Source: Macrostomum lignano (lineage: Eukaryota). Taken from it: 64,000 nucleotides of DNA. The notes beneath the pieces were generated by a model. The model was not told the DNA's origin. It was given only the letters and a program-made list of their open reading frames with translations, and searched no databases. A program made the translations under genes and the position numbers. This document shows, piece after piece, positions 38,263 to 50,339 of this stretch; the stretch's first letter is position 1, and each line of letters begins with the position of its first letter. The stretch is from the NCBI GenBank assembly GCA_002269645.1, contig NIVC01000353.1, positions 310,001 to 374,000 on the forward strand. Reading direction: 5' to 3'.

Positions 38263-38640
38263 GCCTGCCTGTCTGTCTGTCTGTCTGTCTGTCTGTCAAG
38301 CCTCCCAAACCCGTCTCCGCAGGGCCAGCCGGCGGCCCCCTACCCGACTCGCGACTCGGCCACCCTGATGCGCACCCGACTGCTCTGCCGGGCCAAACTG
38401 CTTGGCAGCGTGTCCACAGAGCTGCGCCAAGTGCTGGGCAATCAGACCACTAGACAGGGCGTTGCCCGCCTGTTCAACATGTTCCAACACGCCAATCTAA
38501 ACAGGCGCTTAGTCTACGTACTGTTGGAGGGCACCGTGTGCCTGCTGTTTCCCGACTACCGGATGGACCAGGCGTTTCGCCGGATGTATGCCCGGCAACG
38601 GCTGCGTATTGGCAAGCTGCAGCAGCCGGGTAGCGCCTAA
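28447..38640 (+). CDS. SNX13: Sorting nexin 13 (TM-PXA-RGS-PX-Nexin_C), 10 exons, 1034 aa
   Basis: Exons 28447-28836, 29250-29468 (PXA: ILDHVMRDYVADWY), 30114-30335, 32048-32243, 33187-33648 (RGS), 34514-34743, 35456-35689, 36526-37047 (PX: VYRRYSEFDEL), 37653-37964 (NVPLRILLLVMDEIFDVRERN, SNX13-like), 38323-38640. Total 3105 nt, all GT-AG, phases consistent. Confidence 0.95.
28880..30010. repeat. SNX13 intron 1 (28880-29160) and intron 2 (29570-30010) arrays
   Basis: CATCTGGTCATAGAG (15 bp) and GTGAGATTAGGAATGTGACA (20 bp). Confidence 0.9.
30440..31970. repeat. 16-bp minisatellite, about 95 copies (SNX13 intron 3)
   Basis: GACTCATGATTGTAAT and GACCCGTGATTGTAAT variants interspersed. Confidence 0.97.
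32350..32583 (-). mobile_element. tRNA-derived SINE
   Basis: Minus strand A box TAGCCCACTGGTTAGAG, B box GGTTCGATTC, body CCCTTAAGCAAGACTCTTAAC...CACCCAGCTGTAAAATGGGTACC. Second copy at 59466-59655. Confidence 0.8.
32575..33115. repeat. 19-bp C-rich minisatellite
   Basis: Unit CTAGGCCACAACCCCCCA with variable C-run, contiguous with the SINE head. Confidence 0.93.
33690..36470. repeat. SNX13 intron 5-7 arrays (33690-34490, 34755-35400, 35790-36470)
   Basis: AAATCCCATCCCACGCTTTC (20 bp), CTGAGATTCACTCCTAACTT (20 bp), ACATTCTGGGTGGATAGATAG (21 bp). Confidence 0.92.
37190..38296. repeat. SNX13 intron 8 array (37190-37650) and intron 9 (GTCT)n (37980-38296)
   Basis: ATAAACACACAACCCTACCCT-type units; GTCT/GCCT microsatellite. 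Confidence 0.92.
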
Positions 38641-39419
38641 CATGAGTGTATTAATTACATTTCGGACTGATCATTTTGTCATAGCAACCACCTAGCAACG
38701 GTTAATGTGTATCATAGCAACCGCCTCGCAACGGTATCTAAATGTGCCGTAGCAACAACATAGCAACGGGTTTATGTGCCGTAGTATGGTGTATTCTGTG
38801 CTTAAAACAACATATTTATTGTCTACTAATGGTGAAGATACTACTTATAAACAATATAGCAAGGGTCATAGATTATTCATGACAAAGGTTTAGATATTTT
38901 ATTATTGATTACTACTGTTGCGTATTGTTCAAGTTGTAACAGGTTGAAGTCTCCTTTAATTATCTTTACTGAACTATCGTTAATTACATGTGATAATTAA
39001 CAAGCTACCTGTTAATTGCCATTATCGAATGCCTATTTGTATAAAATTTTATTTTACTAGTCAGATTTTTCCTCTCATATTCAATTCCAGCCTACTTAGT
39101 AGTAGAGTAGTGCGTGCCCTATTTATATTATTGTTGTCTAAAACTACTTGGTCACAACATATGATTAATTTATTGTTCATGTATTTCTGTCTGTGCGTCT
39201 GTTTTTGTGCATTATATATTTTTAATTTAGTATCTGCAGGACCATACGATTCCAAATTATCTACATACGAGCGTATGTAGATATGAATATGAATATTACT
39301 GCATGATTCCAATTTATGTAGAAATATTTTTAATTTTGATTTTACATGTATTTTTATGTTTTTCATTGTTGTTTTTCTCTTGTCGCGGTAAGATATAACT
39401 TATAAGATCCTACAGTAGG

Positions 39420-40000
39420 GGTGTTTAGATACTGGAGTGTCTGAGTGTTAGACATAGGAGTTTCTGGCTGTTAGATATTGGAGTGTGTGGGTGTTAGATA
39501 TGGGGGTGTGTGGATTTTAGATATAGGTGTATGGATGTTAGATATTGGAGTGTGTGGATGTTAGATATGGGAGTGTGTGGGTGTTAGAAATGGGAGTGTG
39601 TGGATGTTAGATGTGTGGGGTGTGTGGATGTTAGATATAGGTGTGTGGATGTTAGATATGGGAGTGTGTGGGTGTTAGATATGGGAGTGTGTGGGTGTTA
39701 GATGTGGGGGTGTGTGGGTGTTAGATATAGGTGTGTGGATGTTAGATATTGGAGTGTGTGGATGTTAGATATGGGAGTGTGTGGGTGTTAGATATAGGTG
39801 TGTGGATGTTAGATATGGGAGTGTGTGGATGTTAGATATAGGTGTGTGGATGTTAGATATTGGAGTGTGTGGATGTTAGATATGGGAGTGTGTGGGTGTT
39901 AGATATAGGTGTGTGGATGTTAGATATGGGAGTGTGTGGTTGTTAGATATAGGTGTGTGGATGTTAGATATTGGAGTGTGTGGGTGTTAGATATATAAAA
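39420..40000. repeat. 22-24-bp GT-rich intergenic minisatellite
   Basis: GATGTTAGATATGGGAGTGTGTG variants. Confidence 0.92.
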
Positions 40001-41019
40001 AGAATAAATGTTAGATACAGGGTGTCGTGTTAATGCAGTTAGAGTAAAATACGGTTTATAATTATCCTGCTTGTTTCAGATTATGATTTTATCAATGCAT
40101 GTGATTTTCTGTATTTCAAATCTTTAAACTTCTATAATGTTTTGTCTGCTAATATAATCTGCATTATTAAGTGTTAATTTAATTGTGAATTAATATTTCA
40201 AATACACTACTATTGTCCGTAAATTCGTTATAAGTTTATTATTTTATGAGTATTATTAAAACAAATGTGCATTAGAAAACTTATTTTCTCTGGTCACAAT
40301 GCTCTTGATAAGCTTGATTAATAATTCATAAGAACTCTTTGCAGACATCTGTCGTTACTAATGTTGTACGCTTGCCAACCTTGGTCAGTTTATAATATTT
40401 GAAATTCTATAAATATAAGTTGCTTTCCTCCTACTTTCAGTAGCGTAGTTGGACCTATTTCGATTAAGAAACATTTACTGCACCTTCGAAGTCCATAAAA
40501 ATACGATCTAGATTCGCTTTTTTTTAACTTCCTAGAAAGTTAAGCCGATTCCATGCGGTAGATTTTTTTCATTCTAAATTTGTTTTAGTTAAGTCTCAAA
40601 CGGAAGTTCGCTTGGCTTTCAGTGGGGTTTAAATATAGCTGTCGGCACGATCGCTTCCTGGGTGGGTGAATGCAATTTTCAGACCGGCATTTCGCTTCGC
40701 TTGGACTTGAAAAGTTAACTAACAAAAATGCTGGTTAGCATTGCTTCTCCCCCCAGAGACTCTTTTATTCGTGAAGTTGAAAGGTGAATCGAAATTTAAG
40801 CAACTAGCTTACACTATTGATAACTTGCTCTTGTCCTGTAGCTCCTAGCTAATGCTGTCGCCAGTGCCAAGTCATAACCTCCTGCCTAGAACCGGTGCCA
40901 TGTGGTCCAACGGTAAGTTTGCAACGAATATATAGGCTGCAATTTGCCTGCATGCAATTTTCCCGGACTGCCCTGCAGATGTTGATGAAGGTCCCTGTGA
41001 TTGCTGCTGTTGGAAGATT

Positions 41020-41500
41020 TTGAGATGCAATGGAGAGATTCTGAGATGCAATGGTGGAGATTCTGAGATGCAATGGGGAGATTCTGAGATGCAATGGGGA
41101 GATTCTGAGATGCAATGGGGAGATTCTGAGATGCAATGGGGAGATTCTGAGATGCAATGGTGGAGATTCTGAGATGCAATGGTGGAGATTCTGAGATGCA
41201 ATGGGGAATTCTGAGATGCAATGGGGAATTCTGAGATGCAATGGGGAGATTCTGAGATGCAATGGGGAGATTCTGAGATGCAATGGTGGAGATTCTGAGA
41301 TGCAATGGGGAATTCTGAGATGCAATGGGGAGATTCTGAGATGCAATGGTGGAGATTCTGAGATGCAATGGGGAGATTCTGAGATGCAATTGGGAGATTC
41401 TGAGATGCCAATTGACTCAATGGGAGAGTTGCTGAGATGCCAATTGACTCAATGGGGGAGTTGCTGAGATGCCAATTGACTCAATGGGGAGATTCTGAGA
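41020..41500. repeat. 20-22-bp minisatellite
   Basis: GGGGAGATTCTGAGATGCAAT variants. Confidence 0.92.
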
Positions 41501-41959
41501 AGCTACAGGGTCCCAGAGGTCCCAGACTACAGAGGTCCCTGTGGCAGCTGCTGGAAGCTGTTCTGCAAAGAGCTGCCTGTCAGTGACAGTGCATGTGTAA
41601 CTCAGCCCAGTTTAAAATATATTTGCTAAGCCTGAAATGACGACCTGAGCATCAAGCAAGTATACTGCCCTTGTGCAGCACAGCATTGTATAATAAAATG
41701 CACACCTGACGAACAATTAAACGTGCTCTGCAGTCTTAGACTAAAAAAACTCAATCCCGTTAACCCCCGAAGAGCGCGCTCTGTCCCCCGCGTGCGTCCA
41801 TCTTAATTGTGCCACTCTTAGCAATGAATTCTTTATAAGTCCTTTCCATCTAAGAGATGCCTCAACCTCTTGTAGCGGGCAACTTTTTCAGTTGGAAACT
41901 TAAACAAAAACGGTCTATCTAGTATTGCTATCAAGTTAGAGAATCGTGTTTCTAGTTAG

Positions 41960-44900
41960 AGAGACTTTATCTTACATTCGATAGAGGACGCACCAGCGGC
42001 TGCAACAGCAAAAGCATCCAACTCGTTGTCAGCCTCTTCAACTGCTTCATCAACTTCCACCGCTGTAGCCGTGAATCGATCCGCCTCTCTGCAACGGCTG
42101 GGTCTCGCCGACCGAGCCAACAGCCGGGTCAGCAATCCGATTCCCAATTCTCAGCTGCTTCACCGGAGCCGCTCGAACTCGTCCTGCAGCAGTTCGATTG
42201 CTGAGTCATCCGCTACAGCCGTTAGCTTTCAGCAGCAGCAGCAACAGCAGGCCAATCAATTATCTAAGAGTCTGGGCCGTCTCACTGTTTCTACATCATC
42301 AACAACAACCAGCGGTCTACTAGAAGACAATACAGAAATATTTTTAGTTGAGAATCTGACGCCACTATCTGTTCTGCAGGAGTCGAGCGTTAACAATCAT
42401 AAGGATAGTAATAACGGTCAAAAGGTGTACAATAGACAGCTGAGACAAACTGGAAAGCCCAGTGGATCTGCTAATATGAATTCGTTGCAGGAACTGCTAG
42501 GTAGCGACTTATTGCTTTGTCGAAAATGCAAACAAATTGCCGATAAGCCTGTGGTGAGTTATATTCCTGTGTAATTATTACAGTGAGTCTCATGAGTAGC
42601 ATAGCTAAACTTTTGGGAATAGATCTATGATCTAGATCTCTGATCGTACTATCATTGTACACTCTATGGGGTAAGGGAGAATGGTCAGTAGGAATGTACA
42701 CTCTATGGGGGTGAGGGAGATTGGTCAGTAGGAATGTACAATCTATGGGGTAAGGGAGAATGGTCAGTAGGATTGTACACTCTATGGGGTAAGGGAGAAT
42801 GGTCAGTAGGAATGTACACTCTATGGGGGTGAGGGAGATTGGTCAGTAGATATGTACACTCTATGGGGGTGAGGGAGAATGGTCAGTAGGAATGTACACT
42901 CTATGGGGGTGAGGGAGATTGGTCAGTAGGAATGTACACTCTATGGGGGTGAGGGAGATTGGTCAGTAGGAATGTACACTCTATGGGGGTGAGGGAGATT
43001 GGTCAGTAGGAATGTACAATCTATGGGGGTGATTGAGATTGGTCAGTAGGAATGTACACTCTATGGGGGTAAGGGAGATTGGTCAGTAGGAATGTACATG
43101 TAACACTCTATGGAGCAGAAAAAACCATTAACAACATTCTAAGGGACAAGGTTCGTATTCTCTACTATAAGTAGCTTAAAAGGACACAACTAAAAAATCG
43201 CCTAGCTCCTGCCCTGTCTGGACACGTTGTGCACCGGCTGCTTGGAATCGTGCGCCAAAGACGGCGATCGCCGATGCTGTCCCGCCTGCAACCACCCGCT
43301 GCACCAGTCTACAGCCGAGGCCCGGTCCAACTGGTTCCTAGCCAGTCTGACTAGCGTGAAACTCTGCCAAGAAGAGGGCGCCAAACAGGTGTGCGACTAT
43401 TGTCGCTATGAGGAACGTCAGGTGCAAGCCGCCGGGCTCTGCATCGACTGCTCAGACTTTCTATGCTCAGCCTGCAGCGCCGCTCACGGCAAAACTAAAA
43501 TGACACGGCATCACAATGTGATGAGTTTCGATGTGAGCTGGGGGAACTGTCACTCAGAAACAGTCGGTATCATTCACTAACAACACAATCGTTCACCAAC
43601 AACACAATCATTCACCAACAACACACACAATCATTCACCAACAACACACAATCATTCACCAACAACACACAATCATTCACTAACAACACACAATCATTCA
43701 CCAACAACACACAATCATTCACCAACAACACACACAATCATTCACCAACAACACACAATCATTCACCAACAACACACAATCATTCACCAACAACACACAA
43801 TCATTCACCAACAACACACACAATCATTCACCAACAACACACAATCATTCACTAACAACACACAATCATTCACAAATAACACACAATCATTCACCAATAA
43901 CACACAATCATTCACCAACAACACACAATCATTCACCAACAACACACACAATCATTCACCAACAATACACAATCATTCACCAACAACACACACTCATTCA
44001 CCAAAAACACACAATCATTCACCAACAACAAACACAATCATTCACGAACAACACAAAAACATTCACCAACAACACACACAATCATTCACCAAAAACACAA
44101 AATCATTTACCAACAACACACAATCATTCACCAAAAACACTCACTCATTCACCAACAACACACACTCATTCACCAACAACCGAGTAAATCACCAATCGCC
44201 AAAACGCACCACCAGGACTTGGCCACCGGCCAAAGCGACGAGCTGATCCGGCAGCACCAGACATTCGAGTGCCCGGATCACCCGAACGAGAAGGTGAGTC
44301 GGTACTGCGCCACCTGCGACCAGCTGATCTGCCGGGAGTGCCGCGAACAGGGCGGGGAAAGGCACGCCAAGCATCAGGTGTTCTCAATCGACGAGTTCGG
44401 TAGCAAAACTCGCGACTCGCTAATGGGCATGATTGACAATGTCCGAGCGAAAGTGCCCCGCCTGACCGAGTACGGACAGTTCCTGGACGAGTACAGACTG
44501 TCCGTGGAGCAGTGCCGGATTCAGGTGGCTAGCGAGATCGGCGAGCAGGCGGACCTGCTGCACAAGTGAGTTGCAATTCACAGACTACTCAGAGCTACAG
44601 TTCATAAAGTTCTCAGAGATACAGTTCACAGAGTGCTCAGAGCTACAGTTCACAGAGTGCTCAAAGCTACAGTTCATAAAGTGCTCAGAGATACAGTTCA
44701 CAGAGTGCTCAGAGCTACAGTTCACAGAGTGCTCAGAGCTACAGTTCATAAATTGCTCAGAGCTACAGTTCACAGAGTGCTCAGAGCTGCAGTTTATAGA
44801 GTGCTCAGAGCTGCAGTTCATAAAGTGCTCAGAGCTACAGTTCACAGAGTGCTCAAAGCTACAGTTCATAAAGTGCTCAGAGATACAGTTCACAGAGTGC

Positions 44901-47900
44901 TCAGAGCTACAGTTCACAGAGTGCTCAGAGCTACAGTTCATAAATTGCTCAGAGCTACAGTTCACAGAGTGCTCAGAGCTGCAGTTTATAGAGTGCTCAG
45001 AGCTGCAGTTCATAAAGTGCTCAGAGCTACAGTTCACAGAGTGCTCATAGCTGCAGTTTATAGAGTGCTCAGAGCTACAGTTCACAGAGTGCTCAGAGCT
45101 ACAGTTCACAGAGTGCTCAGAGCTACAGTTCACAGAGTGCTCAGAGCTACAGTTCACACAGTGCTCAGAGCTACAGTTCATAAATTGCTCAGAGCTACAG
45201 TTCACAGAGTGCTCAGAGCTGCAGTTTATAGAGTGCTCAGAGCTGCAGTTCATAAAGTGCTCAGAGCTACAGTTCATAGAGTGCTCAGAGCTACAGTTCA
45301 CAGAGTGCTCAGAGCTACAGTTCATAAATTGCTCAGAGCTACAGTTCACAGAGTGCTCAGAGATACAGTTCACAGAGTGCTCAAAGCTACAGTTCATAAA
45401 GTGCTCAGAGATACAGTTCACAGAGTGCTCAGAGCTACAGTTCACAGAGTGCTCAGAGCTACAGTTCACAGAGTGCTCAGAGCTACAGTTCACAGAGTGC
45501 TCAGAGCTACAGTTCACAGAGTGCTCAGAGCTACAGTTCACAGAGTGCTCAGAGCTACAGTTCACAGAGTGCTCAGAGCTGCAGTTTATAGAGTGCTCAG
45601 AGCTGCAGTTCATAAAGTGCTCAGAGCTACAGTTCATAGAGTGCTCAGAGCTACAGTTCACAGAGTGCTCAGAGCTAGCGCTTTAATTTCACCATGTATA
45701 TTAATTATAACGCAACATATCGGCAACTAAAAACCACCAATTCTTAGAATAGTTGACGAATGCCGAGACGCCCTGCTCCGCCAGCTGAATGAATCCGTTG
45801 CCAAGGAGACGGATGATGTCGCTAGAAAAGAGGAGAAACTGAGCGACATCAAATCCAGCATCATTAGCGGATGCGTGTTCTCCGACGCCTTGGTTACTCA
45901 CGGAAGGTTGGTTGCTTGCAAGCTGAGTTCTAATTATAATACGCTAATAGAGCTACTGTTAGTAGGCTACTACAAATCGAGTTATCTTTTTTTGTTCCAG
46001 AGACGAAGAAATTCTTTGGCTTCAATCGCTGCTGAAAGACAGACTGTCTCAGTTTATCTATCTGCAGGTTGAAGGCATTTCTGGTGAGTATTCTCGATTT
46101 TATCGTCATGGAGCTTTTGTGGAGTTTAAGCACTTGGGGATTAAATAAAATGTATGTCCACTGGGTTAAGGGACAAAAATGAGATAGAGTATGGAATGGA
46201 GTGTGGGATTCAGTATGGTGCAGAGTATGGGATTGAGTATGGTGCAGAGTGTGGGATTGAGAATGGTGCAGAGTATGGGATTGAGAATGGTGCAGAGTAT
46301 GGGATTGAGTATGATGCAGAGTGTGGCATTCAGTATGGTGCAGAGTGTGGGATTCAGTATGGTGCAGAGTGTGGGATTCAGTATGATGCAGAGTGTGGCA
46401 TTCAGTATGGTGCAGAGTCTGGCATTCAGTATGGTGCAGAGTGTGGGATTCAGTATGGTGCAGAGTGTGGGATTCAGTATGATGCAGAGTGTGGGATTCA
46501 GTATGGTGCAGAGTGTGGGATTCAGTATGGTGCAGAGTGTGGGATTGAGAATGATGCAGAGTGTGGCATTCAGTATGGTGCAGAGTGTGGGATTCAGTAT
46601 GGTGCAGAGTGTGGGATTCAGTATGATGCAGAGTGTGGGATTCAGTATGGTGCAGAGTGTGGGATTCAGTATGGTGCAGAGTGTGGGATTCAGTATGATG
46701 CAGAGTGTGGCATTCAGTATGGTGCAGAGTGTGGGATTCAGTATGGTGCAGAGTGTGGGATTCAGTATGATGCAGAGTGTGGCATTCAGTATGGTGCAGA
46801 GTGTGGGATTCAGTATGATGCAGAGTGTGGCATTCAGTATGGTGCAGAGTGTGGCATTCAGTATGGTGCAGAGTGTGGGATTGAGAATGGTGCAGAGTGT
46901 GGGATTGAGAATGGTGCAGAGTATGGGATTGAGTATGGTGCAGAGTGTGGGATTCAGTATGGTGCAGAGTATGGGATTCAGTATGGTGCAGAGTGTGGGA
47001 TTGAGAATGATGCAGAGTGTGGGATTGAGAATGATGCAGAGTGTGGGATTGAGAATGATGCAGAGTGTGGGATTGAGAATGATGCAGAGTGTGGGATTGA
47101 GAATGATGCAGAGTGTGGGATTGAGAATGATGCAGAGTGTGGGATTGAGTATGGTGCAGAGTGTGGGATTCAGTATGGTGCAGAGTGTGGGACTCAGTAT
47201 GGTGCAGAGTGTGAGAAAAAGTATCGGATGGAGTATTTGATAGAGTAGGAAATAGAGCATAGGGTAGAGTATAGGATAGAGCATAGGGTAGAGTATGGGA
47301 TAGAACATAGGGTAGAGTATGGGATAGAACATAGGGTAGAGTATAGGATAGAGCATAGGGTAGAGTATAGGATAGAGCATAGGGTAGAGTATGGGAGTGT
47401 GGGATTGAGCATGGGATAAATTAGGATAAAGTAAAGGAGAGAATATGGGATGCAAATAAGACAGGCTACGGTGTAACTATTTGAGCATGTAATTAACTTG
47501 CGCAGAAAAGCAGAATCAATGATTGCTACTACAGCAGTAGTCTAATTCGCACGTGTCTACATGAACCCAAATGCAATGTTTGTCAAGGCAAGCTCAGCGC
47601 AGTATTCAATCCCGGCATTTCGCCGGAGCGATCGCTGCCGATTTTATTCGGCAAGCTGAACTTGGCGCATCACCCGCTGATGAAGGAGGCAACTGGCTCA
47701 GCAACATCGCAGGGTATGGGAGCCGCGGCGGCGGCTTCTGGCGGGATTTTCTCGCCAAATGTCACCTCCGTAAGGTTGTCGAGCGGGCATCAACAGGCGG
47801 CCGGCGGTTCCGTTGCTATGGCAACTAAATCGACTGCTGCCGTGAACGGGCTGGGATCCGGAGTCGGCTCGATGCTGCCGCAGGGGGTTCGACCCCTCAC

Positions 47901-50339
47901 CGAGCCTGCGGTGCTGCTGTCGAGGGCTCAGCTGGTGCTCGAGTTTGAGGCCAAATCTCCGTTGGATACTCGGTGAGGACCGATTGGGAATATTGGTGAA
48001 TCAGGTGTGGGGTTGGTGAATCGGGTGAAGGATTGGTGAATCGGGTGTGGGGTTGGTGAATCGGGTGTTGGTGAATCGGGTGTGGGGTTGGTGAATCGGG
48101 TGTGGGGTTGGTGAATCGGGTGTGGGGTTGGTGAATCGGGTGTGGGGTTGGTGAATCGGGTGTGGGGTTGGTGAATCGGGTGTGGGGTTGGTGAATCGGG
48201 TGTTGGTGAATCGGGTGTTGGTGAATCGGGTGTTGGTGAATCGGGTGTGGGGTTGGTGAATCGGGTGTGGGGTTGGTGAATCGGGTGTGGGGTTGGTGAA
48301 TCGGGTGTGGGGTTGGTGAATCGGGTGTGGGGTTGGTGAATCGGGTGTGGGGTTGGTGAATCGGGTGTGGGGTTGGTGAATCGGGTGTGGGGTTGGTGAA
48401 TCGGGTGTGGGGTTGGTGAATCGGGTGTGGGGTTGGTGAATCGGGTGTGGGGTTGGTGAATCGGGTGTGGGGTTGGTGAATCGGGTGTGGGGTTGGTGAA
48501 TCGGGTGTGGGGTTGGTGAATCGGGTGTGGGGTTGGTGAATCGGGTGTGGGGTTGGTGAATCGGGTGTGGGGTTGGTGAATCGGGTGTGGGGTTGGTGAA
48601 TCGGGTGTTGGTGAATCGGGTGAAGGATTAGTGAATCAGGTGTGGGGTTGGTGAATCGGGTGTGGGGATAAATAAACATAGACTTGAGCACACTGACGCA
48701 ACGCCTTCAGCAACATCGTCCCATTCCGCTGACTCATACCCAAAGTGCTCAAGAGCTCACACAGGGTGTACGCTCGTCCAGCGGCCCTGACTTTCTAATA
48801 GTTAGACAAGTACACTCTCTGCGCGTGGGGGTTGGCCCTCATGGTTTCGAATCTCACGACAATCCAATTTGGTGAAAGTGCATCTTTTAAGTTGCTGAAC
48901 CCTCGCGTCACCGCCTACCCCCGCAGCGACATCTGGCCTACTGGGTTAGCCATCAGCGAGACCACTGGGGACTACTTCGTGCTGGACAGGGACAACAAGT
49001 GCGTGAAGTCGTTCGACCGTCAGGGTCGCTACCGGATGGAGTTCGGCTGTCCCGGCAGCGGCGACGGCTCGCTGTCCAGCCCCTATGACTTGGCCATCCT
49101 TGAGGAGCGACTGATTCTGGTCACCGACTATCAGCACGAGGCGATCAAAGCCTACAGCATGCAGGGCAAGTACCTGACCACTTACAGGGGCCCGTTCAAG
49201 CACCCGAGAGGCATAGCGGCTATGAGAGGCCGCCAGTTTGTGGTGGCCGACTGCCGAATGCGTCAGCTCACTGTGCACGACGGCGATTCGGGCAATTTGG
49301 TTCGAACAATCCGGTCTGAAGGCCTGTTCACCGATCCCTATTACGTAGCGGTTACGCACGATGACGTCATCGTGGTAACGGACTGGGCGGCGCCGAATTT
49401 GAAATTGTTCGATTTTCAGGTTTGTTATACTCTTTTAATAATCCATCGTATAATTAAGATAGGAACTTCCGAAATGTATTAAAGACAATTTCTTAGAAGT
49501 TAGAAAAATAAACTTCTTAGAGCGGCGACTTCAAAGAGTAAATTCATTTGACAATTTTTAAACCTGCGACAGTCAAACGTTTACTTCTTTAATCAACTAT
49601 CCCTTTCTTAGAAACAAAATGGGATTTGATAGAATCAATGAATCATTTGTTAGAAGCAACGGATAATTTGTTAGAATCAATGAAGGATTTGTTTTAATCA
49701 ACAAATGATTTGTTTAGATTAGAATGAACGAATTTTTTGTTAGAATCAACGGATAATTTTTTAGAATATACGGATGATTTTTTAGAATATACGGATGATT
49801 TTTTAGAATCAACGAATTTTGTAAAAATTGAAATATGATTTGTTAAAAACAACGCAGGATTTGTTTTTATCAACGAATGGTTTCTTAAAATCAAAGAAGG
49901 ATTTGTTAAAATCAACGAATGATTTGTTTTAATCATCCAATGATTTGTTAAAATCAACAAAGAATTTGTTTTAATCAACGAATGCTTTGGTAGAATCATC
50001 GATATATGCTTTTATGAGAAAATGTATAATTTTTATTCAAATCAATTTTATTAACCTCGCTCGCAGGGCAATTTAATTGGCCAAGCCGGTAGCTATGGCA
50101 ACGGCAACGATCAGGTTCTGCAACCCTACGGAGTGGCCAGCGACACCAGCGGCCAGGTGATGGTGGCGGACAACAGCAACCATCGAATTCACCTGCTGGG
50201 CAGCGACGGTCGCTTCGTGAAATTTGTTGTTAGCAAATTCGACGGCCTGTGGCACCCCATGGCGATAGCCGTGACACCTGAGGGTTACCTGGCTGTCACC
50301 GAGGCGCTGGGCAAGGTCAAGGTGTTTAAGTACATGTGA
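41960..50339 (+). CDS. TRIM-NHL protein (RING, 2 B-boxes, coiled coil, NHL repeats; TRIM2/3-like architecture, no filamin domain seen)
   Basis: Exons (41960 or ATG 42476)-42553, 43206-43532, 44216-44565, 45748-45906, 46001-46083, 47588-47972, 48927-49419, 50067-50339; phases consistent; 715 aa from ATG 42476. RING CRKC..PCLDTLCTGC..CPAC, B-boxes CDYC..CIDC..LCSAC..H and CPDH..YCATCDQLICREC..H, NHL WPTGLAI, PRGIA, PYYVAV, PYGVA, PMAIAV. True start uncertain. Confidence 0.9.
42655..45675. repeat. TRIM intron arrays: 40-bp (42655-43100), 21-bp (43570-44185), 24-bp (44575-45675)
   Basis: CTCTATGGGGGTGAGGGAGATTGGTCAGTAGGAATGTACA; AATCATTCACCAACAACACAC; GTGCTCAGAGCTACAGTTCACAGA. Confidence 0.93.
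46180..48665. repeat. TRIM intron arrays: 24-bp (46180-47400) and 20-bp (47990-48665)
   Basis: GGTGCAGAGTGTGGGATTCAGTAT then ATAGAGCATAGGGTAGAGTATAGG; GGTGAATCGGGTGTGGGGTT. Confidence 0.93.

Noticed and set aside
44571-48691. 350-430 aa periodic ORFs such as (AECGIQYG)n and (VHRVLRAT)n
   Set aside because: They lie within TRIM introns whose flanking exons join in frame without them; unit lengths divisible by 3 and lacking stops explain the ORFs.
48790-48870. tRNA-like A/B box pair (TAGTTAGAC...GTTTCGAATC)
   Set aside because: No cloverleaf could be folded by eye; at most a decayed SINE head.
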